Assembly (NCBI RefSeq): GCF_964204645.1
Contig: NC_134033.1
Span: forward strand, 11,106,655-11,170,654
DNA: 64,000 nt
Reading direction: 5' to 3'
Source of the DNA: Tubulanus polymorphus
Lineage: Eukaryota > Animalia > Nemertea
Part shown: positions 13,201 to 26,200 of the stretch, one piece after another
Numbering within the stretch: the first letter of the stretch is position 1
Layout: each line of letters begins with the position of its first letter
Position numbers and translations under genes: made by a program
Notes under the pieces: generated by a model
Database searches by the model: none
Seen by the model: only the letters and a program-made list of their open reading frames with translations
Told to the model about the DNA's origin: nothing

Positions 13201-15138
13201 CGTCATATATTGATTTGAGAAATACTTCCTTGTTCAGTAAAAAGTTTGGTGATTGGTCCATTTAACGGGAAAACCAATAGAAGCCTAAAGTCGTTTGTTA
13301 CAAGCGCTGTGATTGGTACGACCGGATTCTGGTCGGCTACTAACGACTCAAACTACTCGTGAGGTCAAGGGGTTCGGCGAACAGCTTTAGCGTAGTGGGT
13401 TCAAATCCCTTGACGGGTGAAGATGGTCTAATGTATGCTGCTATAAATATGCCGGTATAAATTTACTGACTGACTGAACCCATTCAAATATTGGATTCTT
13501 TACAGCCAATGACAGTCACTTCACAGGCGTTCAGAACTTCACCTCGAGACGTATCTAATTGAAACTGCACAAACAAACGAACTACAAACAAACTACGGAT
13601 CATTCATGCGATCGTCCATACACTTTCAAAAGCTGACTGTACAGACTTTCTAATTCGAAATGAAATAAAACACCGGACATTTTACTGTCTTCACTTCACA
13701 GGTGTCACAAAGACTTCACCTCGAGACACTTGAATGAAAATGAACTAACAAATGCACTACAAATTCAGCACATTTCATCGCGCACTTTCAAAAAGCAATC
13801 AAAACTTCACGCTACAAATGGCGATTCCTCTGAAGGGATGGTTACGGGCTGTTGATTCATTCCTGCTTTTGTATAAACTTTCATCGTAATTTTATGTACC
13901 TGATTAGAAGATTTAGCTTTAAGTTCATTCAGCGCTTCTTCCCCTCTCTGTTTGCTTCTACAGACCATGTGTACAGTTCCACCTTTTAAAAACGAAATAT
14001 CCAAACAACATCAAGAGGAGCCTTGAACATCATTTAAAGGTTCAACTATCGTTCGTACCCACTTAAATTTCACAGTTTACTTTTACTATTGTACTATCAG
14101 AAATTAATGAATTTTAAGTTAAAACTAAAACAAGAATTGTTGAACCGAGTCCAATGTTTATTTGTACTAAATCAAAGGCTTTTGGGGAGACAAAGGAAAT
14201 TGGCACCTCTCATAAATGATGCAGTTCCATTGATTTACAGATTATAGATTACCCACAGTCAGATTAAGTACATGACCAGGAGGAACTCATTGCAGCAGTT
14301 TTCAAAATGATATTATTAACTAGAAAGAAGGTTTTTGGCCGCTTATTATCTGTATATCGCCCTAATTTTCACAATCGTCGCCACATTCGATTTGGTCGCT
14401 CACATATATTTGCCGAGTGATTTTATATCTATCAACAATAGATATTAACAACATCTAAGAGACTGGTGCAGGCTGCTCTCTGTTATCTATAATTACCTTT
14501 TTGAGCTATGAACTGAGCAGTAGCTTTACCGACCCCACTGTTTGCTCCAGTTATCATGAAACTTTTACCAGTCGCGTCCACATCGAGATCCGCGGCGTTA
14601 AAATTCTTACACGCTTTCTCGTAACCAGACCTTCGAACAGAGAATATCACATGAGGAACCATGCATACCCGGTATTCACACTATTACAAGAGGAATTCAG
14701 GGTTTTATGACGTTGAAACTCGCCACAATCGTAGAAAATGTAAATCATATAGCTACTTGCAATCAATTGTGGTAAAACAATACACGTAGGGGTGCCCACG
14801 TATAGGGGTGCCCATGTGTAGGGGTGCCCACGTGTAGGGGTGCCCACGCATAGGGGTGCCCATGCGTAGGGGTGCGTACGTGTAGGTGTGCCCAAGCGTA
14901 AGGGCGCCCACATAGGTACAAATGTAATAGACAATTAAATTATAAATTATTCAATATTCAACTCCCCTGGTGGTAAAAATTTTAGAAACTGAGTAATTCA
15001 AATTCAATGTGAGGAACGAAATGTAAATATGTTTTTATTTTCTTTGAAATAAACATCACCCTTTCATTTTTGCACTAACTTGGTGTATTCTTTTGATCCT
15101 TTGAAATACCAGCGAACTTTTCTCAGTACCGATGCCAT
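10243..15138 (-). CDS. DHRS12: Dehydrogenase/reductase SDR family member 12
   Basis: Nine exons: 15080-15138, 14497-14630, 13900-13982, 12879-12974, 12711-12792, 12181-12242, 11876-12071, 10848-10985, 10243-10349. Motifs: WYFKGSKEYTKSGYE, TGANSGVG, NNAGCM, YAQNKRQQVV, HPGWADTP, GADTMVWL. Confidence 0.95.
11377..11865. mobile_element. ~490-bp foldback (whole-length imperfect palindrome) in a DHRS12 intron
   Basis: gcctatttcaacccgacttgagagc...gctctcaagtcaggttgaaatagac. The arms pair along most of their length around a centre near 11615. Confidence 0.8.
14784..14912. repeat. 16-bp minisatellite (taggggtgcccacgtg), ~8 units
   Basis: Direct reading; DHRS12 intron 1. Confidence 0.9.
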
Positions 15139-15559
15139 TTTATCAGTCACCAGCTCTCAACTACTGACCCTCCAATACCAGTGACTAGAGTGTGAGTAAT
15201 CAGAAGTTGAAAATGAAGATTACATAACAACAAAACGCCGGGCCCGGGAAGGTGAAGGTTAGACTGATAACTCCCCGTGTCACCGCTCTGCAGCTGAAAC
15301 TTCCTGAGCTGAAGTTTTATCTAGTTCTGGAAGATGAAGCGTTGCAGGTAATGAACTGAATGACCTGAGACAATAGTTTCTTAAATTGAAATTTCAAGCA
15401 AAAAGTAGACCGTTTACTCCCATGACAGGAAATAAATATAAATTTAATTGAATTTCGTTGGATTGTTGACTGCATCCACAATAAAAAATATGTAAACTGG
15501 TTAACGCAGTAACCGCACTTTCATTGAATTCAAATCAAAGTTTTTGATTTGAGTTCTAT

Positions 15560-16622
15560 GAATAAACGCAGTAACCCTAGCGTTGGCCTGCTGAATAAAC
15601 GCAGTAACCCTAGCGTCGGCCTGTATAATAAATGCAGTAACCCTAGTGTTGGCCTAGTTAATAAACGCAGAAACCCTAGTGTTGGCCTGGTAAATAAATG
15701 AAGAAACCCTAGTGTTGGCCTGCTGAATAAACGCGGTAACCCTAATGTCGGCCTGTTTAATAAACGCAGAAACCCTAGTGATGGCCTGTTTAATAAACGC
15801 AGAAACCCTAGTGATGGCCTGTTTAATAAACGCAGCTACCCTAGTGTTGGCCTGTTTAATAAACGCAGCTACCCTAGTGTTGGTCTGTTTAATAAACGCA
15901 GAAACCCTAGTGTTGGCCTGTTTAATAAACGCAGCTACCCTAGTGTTGGTCTGTTTAATAAACGCAGAAACCTAGTGTTGGCCTGTTTAATAAATGCAGT
16001 AACCCCAGTGTTGGCCTGTTTAATAAACGCAGTAACCCTAGCGTTGGCCTGTTTAATAAACGCAGAAACCCTAGTGTTGGCCTGTTTAATAAACGCAGTA
16101 ACCCTAGTGTTGGCCTGTTTAATAAACGCAGTTACCCTAGTGTTGGCCTGTTTGATAAACGCAGAAACCCTAGTGTTGGCCTGTTTAATAAACGCAGTAA
16201 CCCTATAGTGTTGGCCTGTTTAATAAACGCAGTAACCCTGGTGTTGGCCTGTTTAATAAACGCAGTTACCCTAGTGTTGGCCTGTTTAATAAACGCAGTA
16301 ACCCTAGTGTTGGCCTGTTTAATAAACGCAGCTACCCTAGTGTTGGCCTGTTTAATAAACGCAGAAACCCTAGTGTTGGCCTGTTTAATAAACGCAGCTA
16401 CCCTAGTGTTGGCCTGTTTAATAAACGCAGAAACCCTAGTGTTGGCCTGTTTAATAAACGCAGCTACCCTAGTGTTGGCCTGTTTAATAAACGTAGAAAC
16501 CCTAGTGTTGGCCTGTTTAATAAACGCAGAAATCCTAGTGTTGGCCTGTTTAATAAACGCAGAAACCCTAGTGTTGGCCTGTTTAATAAATGCAGTTACC
16601 CTAGCGTTTGCCAGGTGAATAA
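15560..16622 (+). repeat. 33-bp minisatellite, ~32 units (ttaataaacgcag[a/t]aaccctagtgttggcctgt)
   Basis: Direct reading. It explains the 11-aa repetitive ORFs (LACLINAxTLV / AFIKQANTRV). Confidence 0.97.
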
Positions 16623-17665
16623 ACGTGCTATGGTCCACAACACACCGGTATATTCAAATTCACTTTGAGTCTTCACTGTGACAGGAATAGAATTTACTGG
16701 CGGTATTCTGACTACCTGAGTGGTTGTTACGGGTTCCCCTATACAAATGGGAAATGGTACAATACAATAGCTTCATTGTGTAAAATTAAGCATTCCAAAT
16801 TTTGTATGAATTTTATTGTTGTTATTTATCTATATGGGGATTTTGATTGAGAAATAAATTGTAACTTTTCCTTCTCGTTCTTGATATCGCTGTTCTTACG
16901 TCGAATTTTGTTGTGACGAGGCGAAATATATCACATTCTACTTTTTGAGAGCTATGCATACATTCACTTCTAAAAATTTGCCAATGAAACAATAGGACAA
17001 ACATTTACCAATGAAACCCTACGTTAGATTGTCTTATCGTGAGGAGAATAAAGCTGTACTAGGAGGGTGTGGCGAACGATGATCAAAAAGAGATGGTTAT
17101 TGCTAAAGCTTCTTTCAGTCGTGATCACTTTCGATGCGTAATTAATTGACACAATAGGCAACATTTTGTGATAATGTAAGGAACTCTTTCAAGCAGTCAT
17201 ACGCGTATCTGGCATTGCGTATTTCAGATTTCGCTTAGCGCGATCAGTCGGTAGTTTACTCAACCGGGGTACGTCATGATGCACTTTCATCGGTTGAAAA
17301 CAAACTATCATCGTCATCTTTTTAATGTAGTATTAATAAGTTGATCGGTTGATGCCATTGACTTCATATTCCGCGATCTTAAGGCAAATCTCAGACGTGT
17401 ATTCGAGTTTTACGTATAGGGCCTGTTCAAACAAGCATTGGAAATTGGGCACTGTCTAAAGGAAGGTACGTACTCACTTTTAACTGATTCGCCGTATGGG
17501 GCCTATAACTGTTCTTCAAACTGATACAAAAAACTGTTCCCCTGAATCTCATTCTATGTAAATCATTTCGAAAATGAAATAGCTATTTGACTACCTTTAC
17601 TATACCTTGGTAGGGAATGAAGACACAATTTCTAAGACGAATATTTTTACAGGAAATAGAGGAAG

Positions 17666-18670
17666 ATGGGCTATTACGGGAATGCGAATGAAAGTGAATT
17701 TTGTTGGGTCGAGAAGTGGAGTTGGACAACACCAATAACCAGCTACATAGTAGAAGCCCCAGCCTGGGCGTACCCTGCCCTAAGTCTAATTGGTTTAGTT
17801 GTCATAGTCCTGGGCACTTACAGAAAGGCGTCGCACAGTTCGTGCCATTTCTACATGTTGATTTTAGGGATTGCCGATTTATACGCTATTGTGGGTATTG
17901 AAGTGCCCTATCTGATGGATGTATACCGTGTTAAATTCACACGAGTTATGTGTATCGTGAAGGCTTTCCACAAGGATTGCCCAAAACAAGCAGCTATTTG
18001 GATTCTGGTGCTGATGACAGTTGATCGCGCAGTAGCGGTTTACAAACCTCTCCAAGCTGCCACGTTATGCACGGTGCCTAGGGCGAAGAAACTAACGGCG
18101 GGTACAATCGGTATACTGGTCTTGATTGAAGGGACTTGGGCCACTTTTCACGTTAATAAGGATCAATTTGGCACATGGACAGCTTGCGTATTGGAAGATG
18201 ATATCGCTTATACAATTTTCCATCACTATAACAACACGATGTCGTTATATTTACCAATACTTGTAATAGCGGTGGCGAATGGTATGATTGTAGTTGGCGT
18301 CAGAGGTTCCGCAAGCATGGACTCAACTCAACAAGTCATTGATACTAAAAAGCAAGTCACAGCGAAGAAGATAACAGTTTTAGTAATTTTAACATCTGTC
18401 GCATTCGTGGCCCTTTCTCTTTTATTCGCAGTTATAACAATTCTATTTTTAGAATATGGTTCAATACGAAAAACCTCCGATTTCTACTATAGACATTGCG
18501 AATACGAATATTATTTCCTTTTTCTCGTTGCGGGGTACTGCGTCGGCGTCTCTTTAATGAACGCCAATCACTGGGTTAACGCCTGCATCTTTATGGGCAG
18601 TGCAAATTTTCGAAATGACGTCAAAACAAATCTTATAAAACTTTTTGAAAAATGGACCATTAGGTTTTAG
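17666..18670 (+). CDS. Divergent rhodopsin-class (class A) 7TM receptor with an intronless CDS; peptide/chemoreceptor-like orphan
   Basis: 334-aa ORF with 7 hydrophobic segments, TM2 LGIADL, TM3 Cys and MTVDRAVAVYKPL, ECL2 Cys, TM5 LP..NGMIV and an N-terminal NES sequon. Splice acceptor tttttacag just upstream. Confidence 0.88.
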   Translation: MGYYGNANESEFCWVEKWSWTTPITSYIVEAPAWAYPALSLIGLVVIVLGTYRKASHSSCHFYMLILGIADLYAIVGIEVPYLMDVYRVKFTRVMCIVKAFHKDCPKQAAIWILVLMTVDRAVAVYKPLQAATLCTVPRAKKLTAGTIGILVLIEGTWATFHVNKDQFGTWTACVLEDDIAYTIFHHYNNTMSLYLPILVIAVANGMIVVGVRGSASMDSTQQVIDTKKQVTAKKITVLVILTSVAFVALSLLFAVITILFLEYGSIRKTSDFYYRHCEYEYYFLFLVAGYCVGVSLMNANHWVNACIFMGSANFRNDVKTNLIKLFEKWTIRF

Positions 18671-19944
18671 ATAAAGTTCTGATCTAAGTGTGTATAATCT
18701 GCACTGGAATGTTAAATTTCTTGAAGGATTTCGATCATGATGTTCAAGCCATTTGTTCTGCCTCTTTTTCAATATGTTACGAGCAAATGATTTCATTTTC
18801 TACGTTTTGAAAGTTCAAGAGGTGCAGCTCAGAATTTGGTTTGATTATTGCATCAGTTGATTTTCCATCATCTCTTGCGCCTCGACGAATCGTAGGGACC
18901 GCTGGACTGTAAGAGAACCCGACTCGCGAATTCTTACTCCTCCAGCGAGATTCTAAATTCAGCTCTGTGATCGACTCTAAATGCGCGTCCTCAGAAATCG
19001 TATGCAGGATTTGTCGAAACCATCAAATAAATGAACAACGAAATCAATTAAATACATAATAATATTATATTATATAATTAGACATAATGAAAAGTTTGAA
19101 GGTCGTCAATGTTTCACACATACATCGAATACAAATAACAAAAAATAAACAACACATGTTTTTCATAAATGGAGAAGAAAATGAATTTTACAGATTAACG
19201 CTTATTTCACGTTGAGTACATCCTAAAAATGTATGTACCTTAATTACATCAGACTCAACCCCCACCTCCCTGATAACATCAATTTACATCAGACTCTCAA
19301 CCCCACCCACCTCCCTGGTTACATCAAATATACAATTCTAAACAATACGGAAATTTGACACTATAGGCCTATTGTACATTCAACGATGATCAAATTTGTT
19401 TCAAGTTCTGTTATCAGGTATTTTACTAAAGTGCTCACAGACATTTCACTTTTCATCACTTTGATGTTACAAAAAATTGTGATGATGATAGCTAAACTCA
19501 GCTAGATTCTAAAGAAATCTGTAAACCTGCCGATAAAATGGATGATTAACCCATGTTCGTTCTATCTGACCTTTCAACTAACAACAATACAAAATATATC
19601 ATGTGACATGAAATGGAGTAATTTACATTGACGTCTATTTTCTAAATAGACGAACGAATGAAAGAATTAATGAATTAAATGGTTTTTTTACGTACGACGG
19701 TATCTTAGTTTTCTTTTAACAAATGCAACGACAAAAATATATTTACATCTCATCTTAGTATGGCGCCCCCTTTAGTTCATACCATGCGACATATCGCTAG
19801 TATCGAACTAAGGTTAGGTTTTAGGAGTCCTTATTATTCACTTGAACAAAATCATTGAACCTTCGATAAATATTCAAAGTAATACACACATAGAAGTCTT
19901 CTACTCCTCATTGAACAATTCATCCAGGTAACTATTTGTAGTAT

Positions 19945-20107
19945 GGGATCATTCACCTATTACGTACGCATTAGGGGAGGGGGTGGTAAGTGCAATTGCG
20001 TACTGTAATGCTTAATGTACATGAAATAATGGCTGATTTTGTGTACAGGGCTGGGAGGGGGTTTGAGAAATTCAAATTGTATGCGTACTTAATAAATGAA
20101 TGATCCC
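19945..20107. mobile_element. Harbinger-like MITE in the STAG 3' region
   Basis: TIRs gggatcattcacctattacgtacgca / tgcgtacttaataaatgaatgatccc, flanked by TAT on both sides. Confidence 0.75.
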
Positions 20108-20253
20108 TATGTAACGCATACAAACATCAACGATTTCGAAGTGTTCAACCTATCAATCGGTTTTTAAAGACTACATAACTAAAACTCCGTGTCAGTGATA
20201 GAAATTGTCGAGCTGTGATTCATATTACGTCTGCCGTCGTTTTCTAGAACGGT

Positions 20254-23200
20254 TCATTGGAAAGAGTATTCGTCGTCCTCCTGTAAAATAAATAATAAAA
20301 CAAATTTACAATTCAATCTACTGATTGTAAGTTACTACGAAGCCTTTCTCAGGTCGTCTAACATCCAACCTGATCGTCGGCTATTGGTCGCTGATTTTTC
20401 AGGCGGGGAAGTGTACAAAATATTGTTAACACCGATCGCAGACCGGTTTAAGTCTATCATGTATCACTGATCAGATGGGAGTTTGTGTTATGTGACCGAT
20501 CTTAACGAACAGTGATGTGATGACTTAAGCTTTCAAATGATTGTGGATCTCAGGTGACCAGAGCGTAGCTGAGATCCGACAAACCAGTTTCAGCTGAATC
20601 AGCGACCCGACCTCGAGATGTGACATCGGTGTTCTTAAGACCGAACGGATGTTAACGCCAACAGAGTATGGCTTTAGGATTAGTCATCAACACGATCGTC
20701 CCAGGTATGGCAACTGAACTTAAGTTCCATTGTATCAATCTGTAACCAGGACAATCACTATTGATTGTAGTGTGAAGTTGTAACGAGTGTGCTGATAAAA
20801 TTTCTGAGTCATTTCGAATAAAGAATCTTGATTAAGGCTATAGATTGATACTGATGTATTACTAAACCAACTCGGTTTCAATTTATTCATTAGTTAACAA
20901 CTATAGTAGACCTCTCATAACTCAAATTACTTTGGGACTAGTTGTTATTGAGATAATTGAGTTAGACGATGGTGTTTTTTTGACATTTTGTTGCAATGGT
21001 TCGGAGATTTGTGTTTGAGTGAATTGATTTTGTATTGGAGTTAAGAGGAGTCTACTGTAAAATAATCGAACACATTCAAAATGGAATGTATTTAGTTAAG
21101 AAACGTCTAGTGAAAAATCGTTGTTTCCAGTTAGTATTGAAGGTTTTATGAATGTTGAAATATTCTAACGAACTGAAAAGCATGCTTTAAAATCAACTGG
21201 AATAATCCTCAACTGCCAGGGCCTGAAATACCAGAAATCAATGAGCTCAAGGCTGAAATACTAAAGCCCCATCGACACTATCCTCTGTTCTAAAATGGAA
21301 TGGACCAAATCAGAACGGAATTTTTGCTAGAGTGAATGCAGAGTTTGTTCTAGATTGGAAGGGATTAAATCAAGAATATTTTGAATTTAACCCAGCGTGA
21401 ATGCAATCACAATGATTCCCAGTTGAGAGCAGTAAACTCAACTGACTCAAGGGACCACAGCTGAGGAGAGGACCGACCCTGGCAGTTGGGGACGGATCGA
21501 ACTTCACGCCTTACGTCGACGATTTCTATATTCTCGGCGACATCAGGAATCTCACGAATCGGTCGCATCGGATACTGCGGTACGCTACATTTACGCCTGC
21601 GCGTACCGTAGCTACGACGACCGGTATCGGACGCCGTTTTCTCTTGTTGACTCGGGCTCGAGAACTGCCCGATATCCGGGCTCTCGTCCTGGCTCTGCGA
21701 AACCCTAAATTTGTGTTATCAAAATTGACACGATTATTGCACATTCAGTACAAGTCCGTTTAACACCACTGCTGACCTCGGAGAAATATTGATGAAACTT
21801 TATGAAAGGTTTGCTACTTCAGGAAAGATGACATGCTATGTACAACAGCAGGCAACAAGGGATGGGGAAGAGTGAATAGATTTGACTAGTAGTTTATCAC
21901 GCAACTTACCGATTAGATCGGCGACTGTACGTCTGTTCATGTGGTTGTTGTTGTTGCTGGGAGACGTCTGCCTGTTGAGGATCTAACCACGCGCCTTGAG
22001 ACATCTGAGCGATCGTCATAGCAACCGTCCTATTGTTACAAATGATATATCTTTTTAACCAGAATTGATACAGATTAACTGCCGATTGCTTAGCGATTCC
22101 AGATGTTTTACTTTCACGATTAAGTAAGATATATTTTCAACAAACAACAATCTAATTATTTGTTTGTATATTTGGTTTGTTAGGTAAGAGAATATAATTA
22201 ATAAACTTACGCCTCATCACTGAGATCACCTTCCGTTCGTGGTCGTTTTATAGCTGTGGATGCTGAGAGTGGTTCTCCAGGAGCCGGAGTCTGGGGTTCA
22301 TATACTACAATTAGAAATGGGCGAAAGGTCATGATTTTGATTGCCTTCATCAAATCTTATATCATATGAAAATATAGTGACACAAACTTCTTAAAAAAGA
22401 AAATCAACAGGATATTAGCTGATTCTGTAGTGTTAGATGTGGATTTTCAGAGGAGGAATAGACACTAGATTGCTGAGTGCTAATAGGTTAAAGGGATCAA
22501 CTTACCATCGTGTTGTTGTTTTCCACGCTTTTTGCCGCCTTTCGGAGGTCGCCCGGGCGGGTTCTTCATCGTCGGGTTCATCGTCGGTTCGGTATCTCCC
22601 TGTACGAGACTGTTTCTGTAGGTTAACAGAGGCGCCCAGTCTTCGCTCCTAGTCGACGGCATACCACCGGCTAAATGCTTATCCAGGTACATTACACTAC
22701 AACAAACATTAATATTCATACTTAATCATTCCTCATTACAGCCAGCTTAATTCGGACCTTAGTGTGCGATTGATGAAAGCATTCCGGTTAATGAGATGCT
22801 AGGATTTTTAGGAAATTGAATTGGATAAGCTTTCTCTGTTAAGTATTTCTTTTCATTATTTAAAAAAATTAAATAAAAAAAAACAATATTGAACAGTAAC
22901 GCAGTCAAACTTGTCATCAGAGAAGTCGTCTCATTACATACATCAGTCATCACTGTTTTGAGTCATTGTGTAGATCTTGACTTAAAACACTGTTCGCTGG
23001 AACTGTAGCTTTTAAACAGTCGAGCTTTGTTTGAAATTGTAACCAATGAGAATGAAGCAGAGTCAGGAACTGTATCATTCCTGTGTGCCAGTGTAAATAT
23101 CAAACAGTGAATCAGAACGATCAGTAATGAGCTCGTCGTCAGTAGCGAACGTGTTGAGCAAGTTTAAGTGTAAAATGTAAAGCCTGTCCCAATCTGCTAA

Positions 23201-26200
23201 ATGAGATATCTGAATGGAACGTCATCAACATTTGTCATAGATGGACTATATAAATTTTACCCCCAATCCGTATTCAACGTAGGTCTATAGTACAAACACT
23301 GAAACGAAACGTCTATAGTTTACAGTCTGAATCTTAGATACAAACTCATTGGAGTGCGATAGGCTTAAAACGCAACGGAAAAACAATGAAAAAATATCAT
23401 CAACGCATAAACTAGGATAATTGTTTAACGATTCGAACTATGTTTAATACCGTTTTTGTTCGATAACTAATCCGACAGGGATTACACTACCGAGATATTT
23501 CAAACTGAAAAATTGCGTTAGAATTTCTACACACAAATGATAAATACGCAAGCAGCAAGCGTCTAGAGAGGAGATGAAGAGAAAGGAGGAGGATGTAGAG
23601 GAAGAAAGATGAGAGGATTAGGAAATAAGAAAGGGAACAAGAGATGCAAAGCAGAAAGGAGGAGAGATGAAGAAGAGAGGAGTGAGATATAGATGGGAAG
23701 GAGAGGCGGTGAGGGAGAGTGAGAGGAGTGATGAGGGGAAGATAGTTCAGTAAGACTGCGAAATAAGAGGGACATACATTAATCACTAAGACTAATTACT
23801 ATTAAGAGAAACAATTAATTAACTATTTAACTTACACGACGCGTTTGTCTTGTTTCATTAGTTTATTTGTGAATTCGCACAGAATTTCGAGGAATGCCAG
23901 ATTTGGAGGAGGTCCACGCGGATCTTCAGGATTCTCCAACGGGTTCAGACTGAACAAAATTCCTTCCCTGTAACAAATAAAATATCTTGAGTTTCCAATC
24001 AGGAGAGGTGTAACCTTTTGATCAATCACCCAAAGCCACAGTGTTTTCACTAAGAAATCAACAAGCCAGGTCCCTTCGAAAAACAGGAGGGTCCCATAAT
24101 ATGTCACAGCCCCGAAACGAAAGCTGGTTTGAAAAGACAGGTGGGTCCTTAAAAAACGACAGATGGGTCTGGGACCTGGCTCTTATTGAAAACACTGAGC
24201 CATGGACCCAGCACCAAATTTGTACAGTTAAAGCATATAAGACCAGCCCATTTCGGTCTCTAATGCCCATCAACTTCAGGCCAGACGATTTTGGTTTAGT
24301 AACCAAACTTACAATGTAAAAGCAGTCTTTAGCCAATCAATTCAAGACTATAAACTTATTTCCGTTCAATAGCCAATTTAACAATCTAAGATCAGACCAT
24401 TTTAGTTCTTTAACCAATCTTAAGACTTAAGCCTATGCACATTTTGGTTCGATATCAAACAACCTTATGATCTCAGACAACAACTCAGCCCGGCGTTTCA
24501 AATTGAAAACAAAATTGTCTATTCTGAAAAAGCCGAAAAAGATTTCACGCGTTTCTTACTTGTGCATCGCGGCGACGGCCTGTCTGTTTTTCACTTGATC
24601 GAGACCAAATGACAGAGCGAATCTTCGCGCCAATTCTTTGATCGATTGATATCCGTCTGACATTCGATCCAGATTTATTCCTTGTTCGGCTTGAAGTTCT
24701 TTGAATAACTACAAACAAATAAATAACGATAGATATTTAGATTTTGGTTGGATATCGTCAGGGTGGATATCGTCAGGTTGGGTATCGTCAGGTTGGATAT
24801 AGTCAGGGTGGATATCATCAGGTCGGATATCGTCAGGTCATTCGATACTTACCGATGTTAAACTAAGTGCGAGTGTTTTTGCTGTGCTGACTTTATTGAT
24901 TTCTCTTGATTTTCCCAGCGTAGCTTTGATAATGTCTCCATAATCATTATAAAACTAGAAAAGAAAAAAAAACTTCCGAGTATATCGAATCCTAACGTAA
25001 GTCTTATTAAATCGATTCATCAATTCAAGATGTATTAGAGGCAAGTTCGTTAACATTAAGTGCAAAAATGAATTCTCAGAGTCCAAAATGAATTCAGGGG
25101 TTATCTAACTAGGTGTGAATTCAGTGTTATCTAACTCTCTTACCCTCATGTAATGTTTAAACATATCGGCTGCAGTTCGTATGTGTACGACGTTGTAGAC
25201 GACCAGTTTACAAAACGACGCCAGGAAATTACGTCGATTGTGTAACTCTTCGATTTTAACATTCTCATCGATATCATCTAAAATCAAACACAGCAATCCC
25301 ACTGTTATAACGGGTACGTATGATAAAATAAAATACTCATCGCCGATGATTTCACGAATCATTGTGAAAACTTCACCCTCAACTTCAGAACAACTTCATA
25401 GCATAAACAAATGCTGAATTAGCATTAGATTCAAGGGCTCTTTTCAATAATGCTCTTCTGGAAGTTATAAACTACTTTCTCTTTCAATTGCTGCATTTGT
25501 AAGTTTTTGCCAACCCTTCCATCTCTGTGACGGCAAAAATTCCTTCTCCCTGAAGAGCACCATCTAACAGGGCCTAAGATATGAGCTTTAGTTCATACAG
25601 TGCTGCCCTCTAGTAGTACTTACCATCATCATCTTCGACGAATACTTTATCGGAGAGAAAACTGCCGAGTTGAGCTTGTATGTTTTTATCCGGTTCGTAG
25701 ATTAACGGTTTCAAAGCCGGAACGCTTTCTAAATGTTTACTGAATACAATCAGTAAATCACAAATAGTGATAAATGCCTGAAATTTAAGAGAAAATTTAA
25801 CTATCTTTTCATTTAAATACGCTAATGATCTAACTGTACTAGGGACCCGACATCAGAAACCAAGCAAGTATTCAATCGGTGGCCAGTGAGGATATACCAG
25901 GCATTCTTCACAGATTCAAATAAAATATTTTCTAATTTTCTCACATCCAATGATTGCGCATATATGAGGATGTATCTGTTGTTCTGAGTTTGTGCAATAG
26001 CCAGTGCTGTGCAGGGTCCTCATTATATCAAGGTTATAATTGACTGGGGCCGGTTTCAATAGACAACACAGTAGTTGATTAGTTGCTTATGATGAATTCC
26101 TCAATCTCAATGAAATGAACACCTGAAACAAGCTTTGGGCCCTAATATTTGGTGTAGGGATTCTGCTGTTATGCCTGCCTCTAGCACTGGTTGACATGCA

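Noticed and set aside
15745-16638. Repetitive ORFs (LACLINAxTLV / AFIKQANTRV)
   Set aside because: They are translations of a 33-bp minisatellite, with frameshifting indels within the array and no gene structure.
20515-20575. Possible C/D box snoRNA (GTGATGA...CTGA) in the last STAG intron
   Set aside because: Too short, no terminal stem and no recognisable rRNA antisense element.
23487-23786. Leu/Ser/Pro-rich ORFs
   Set aside because: Product of a purine-rich low-complexity tract.
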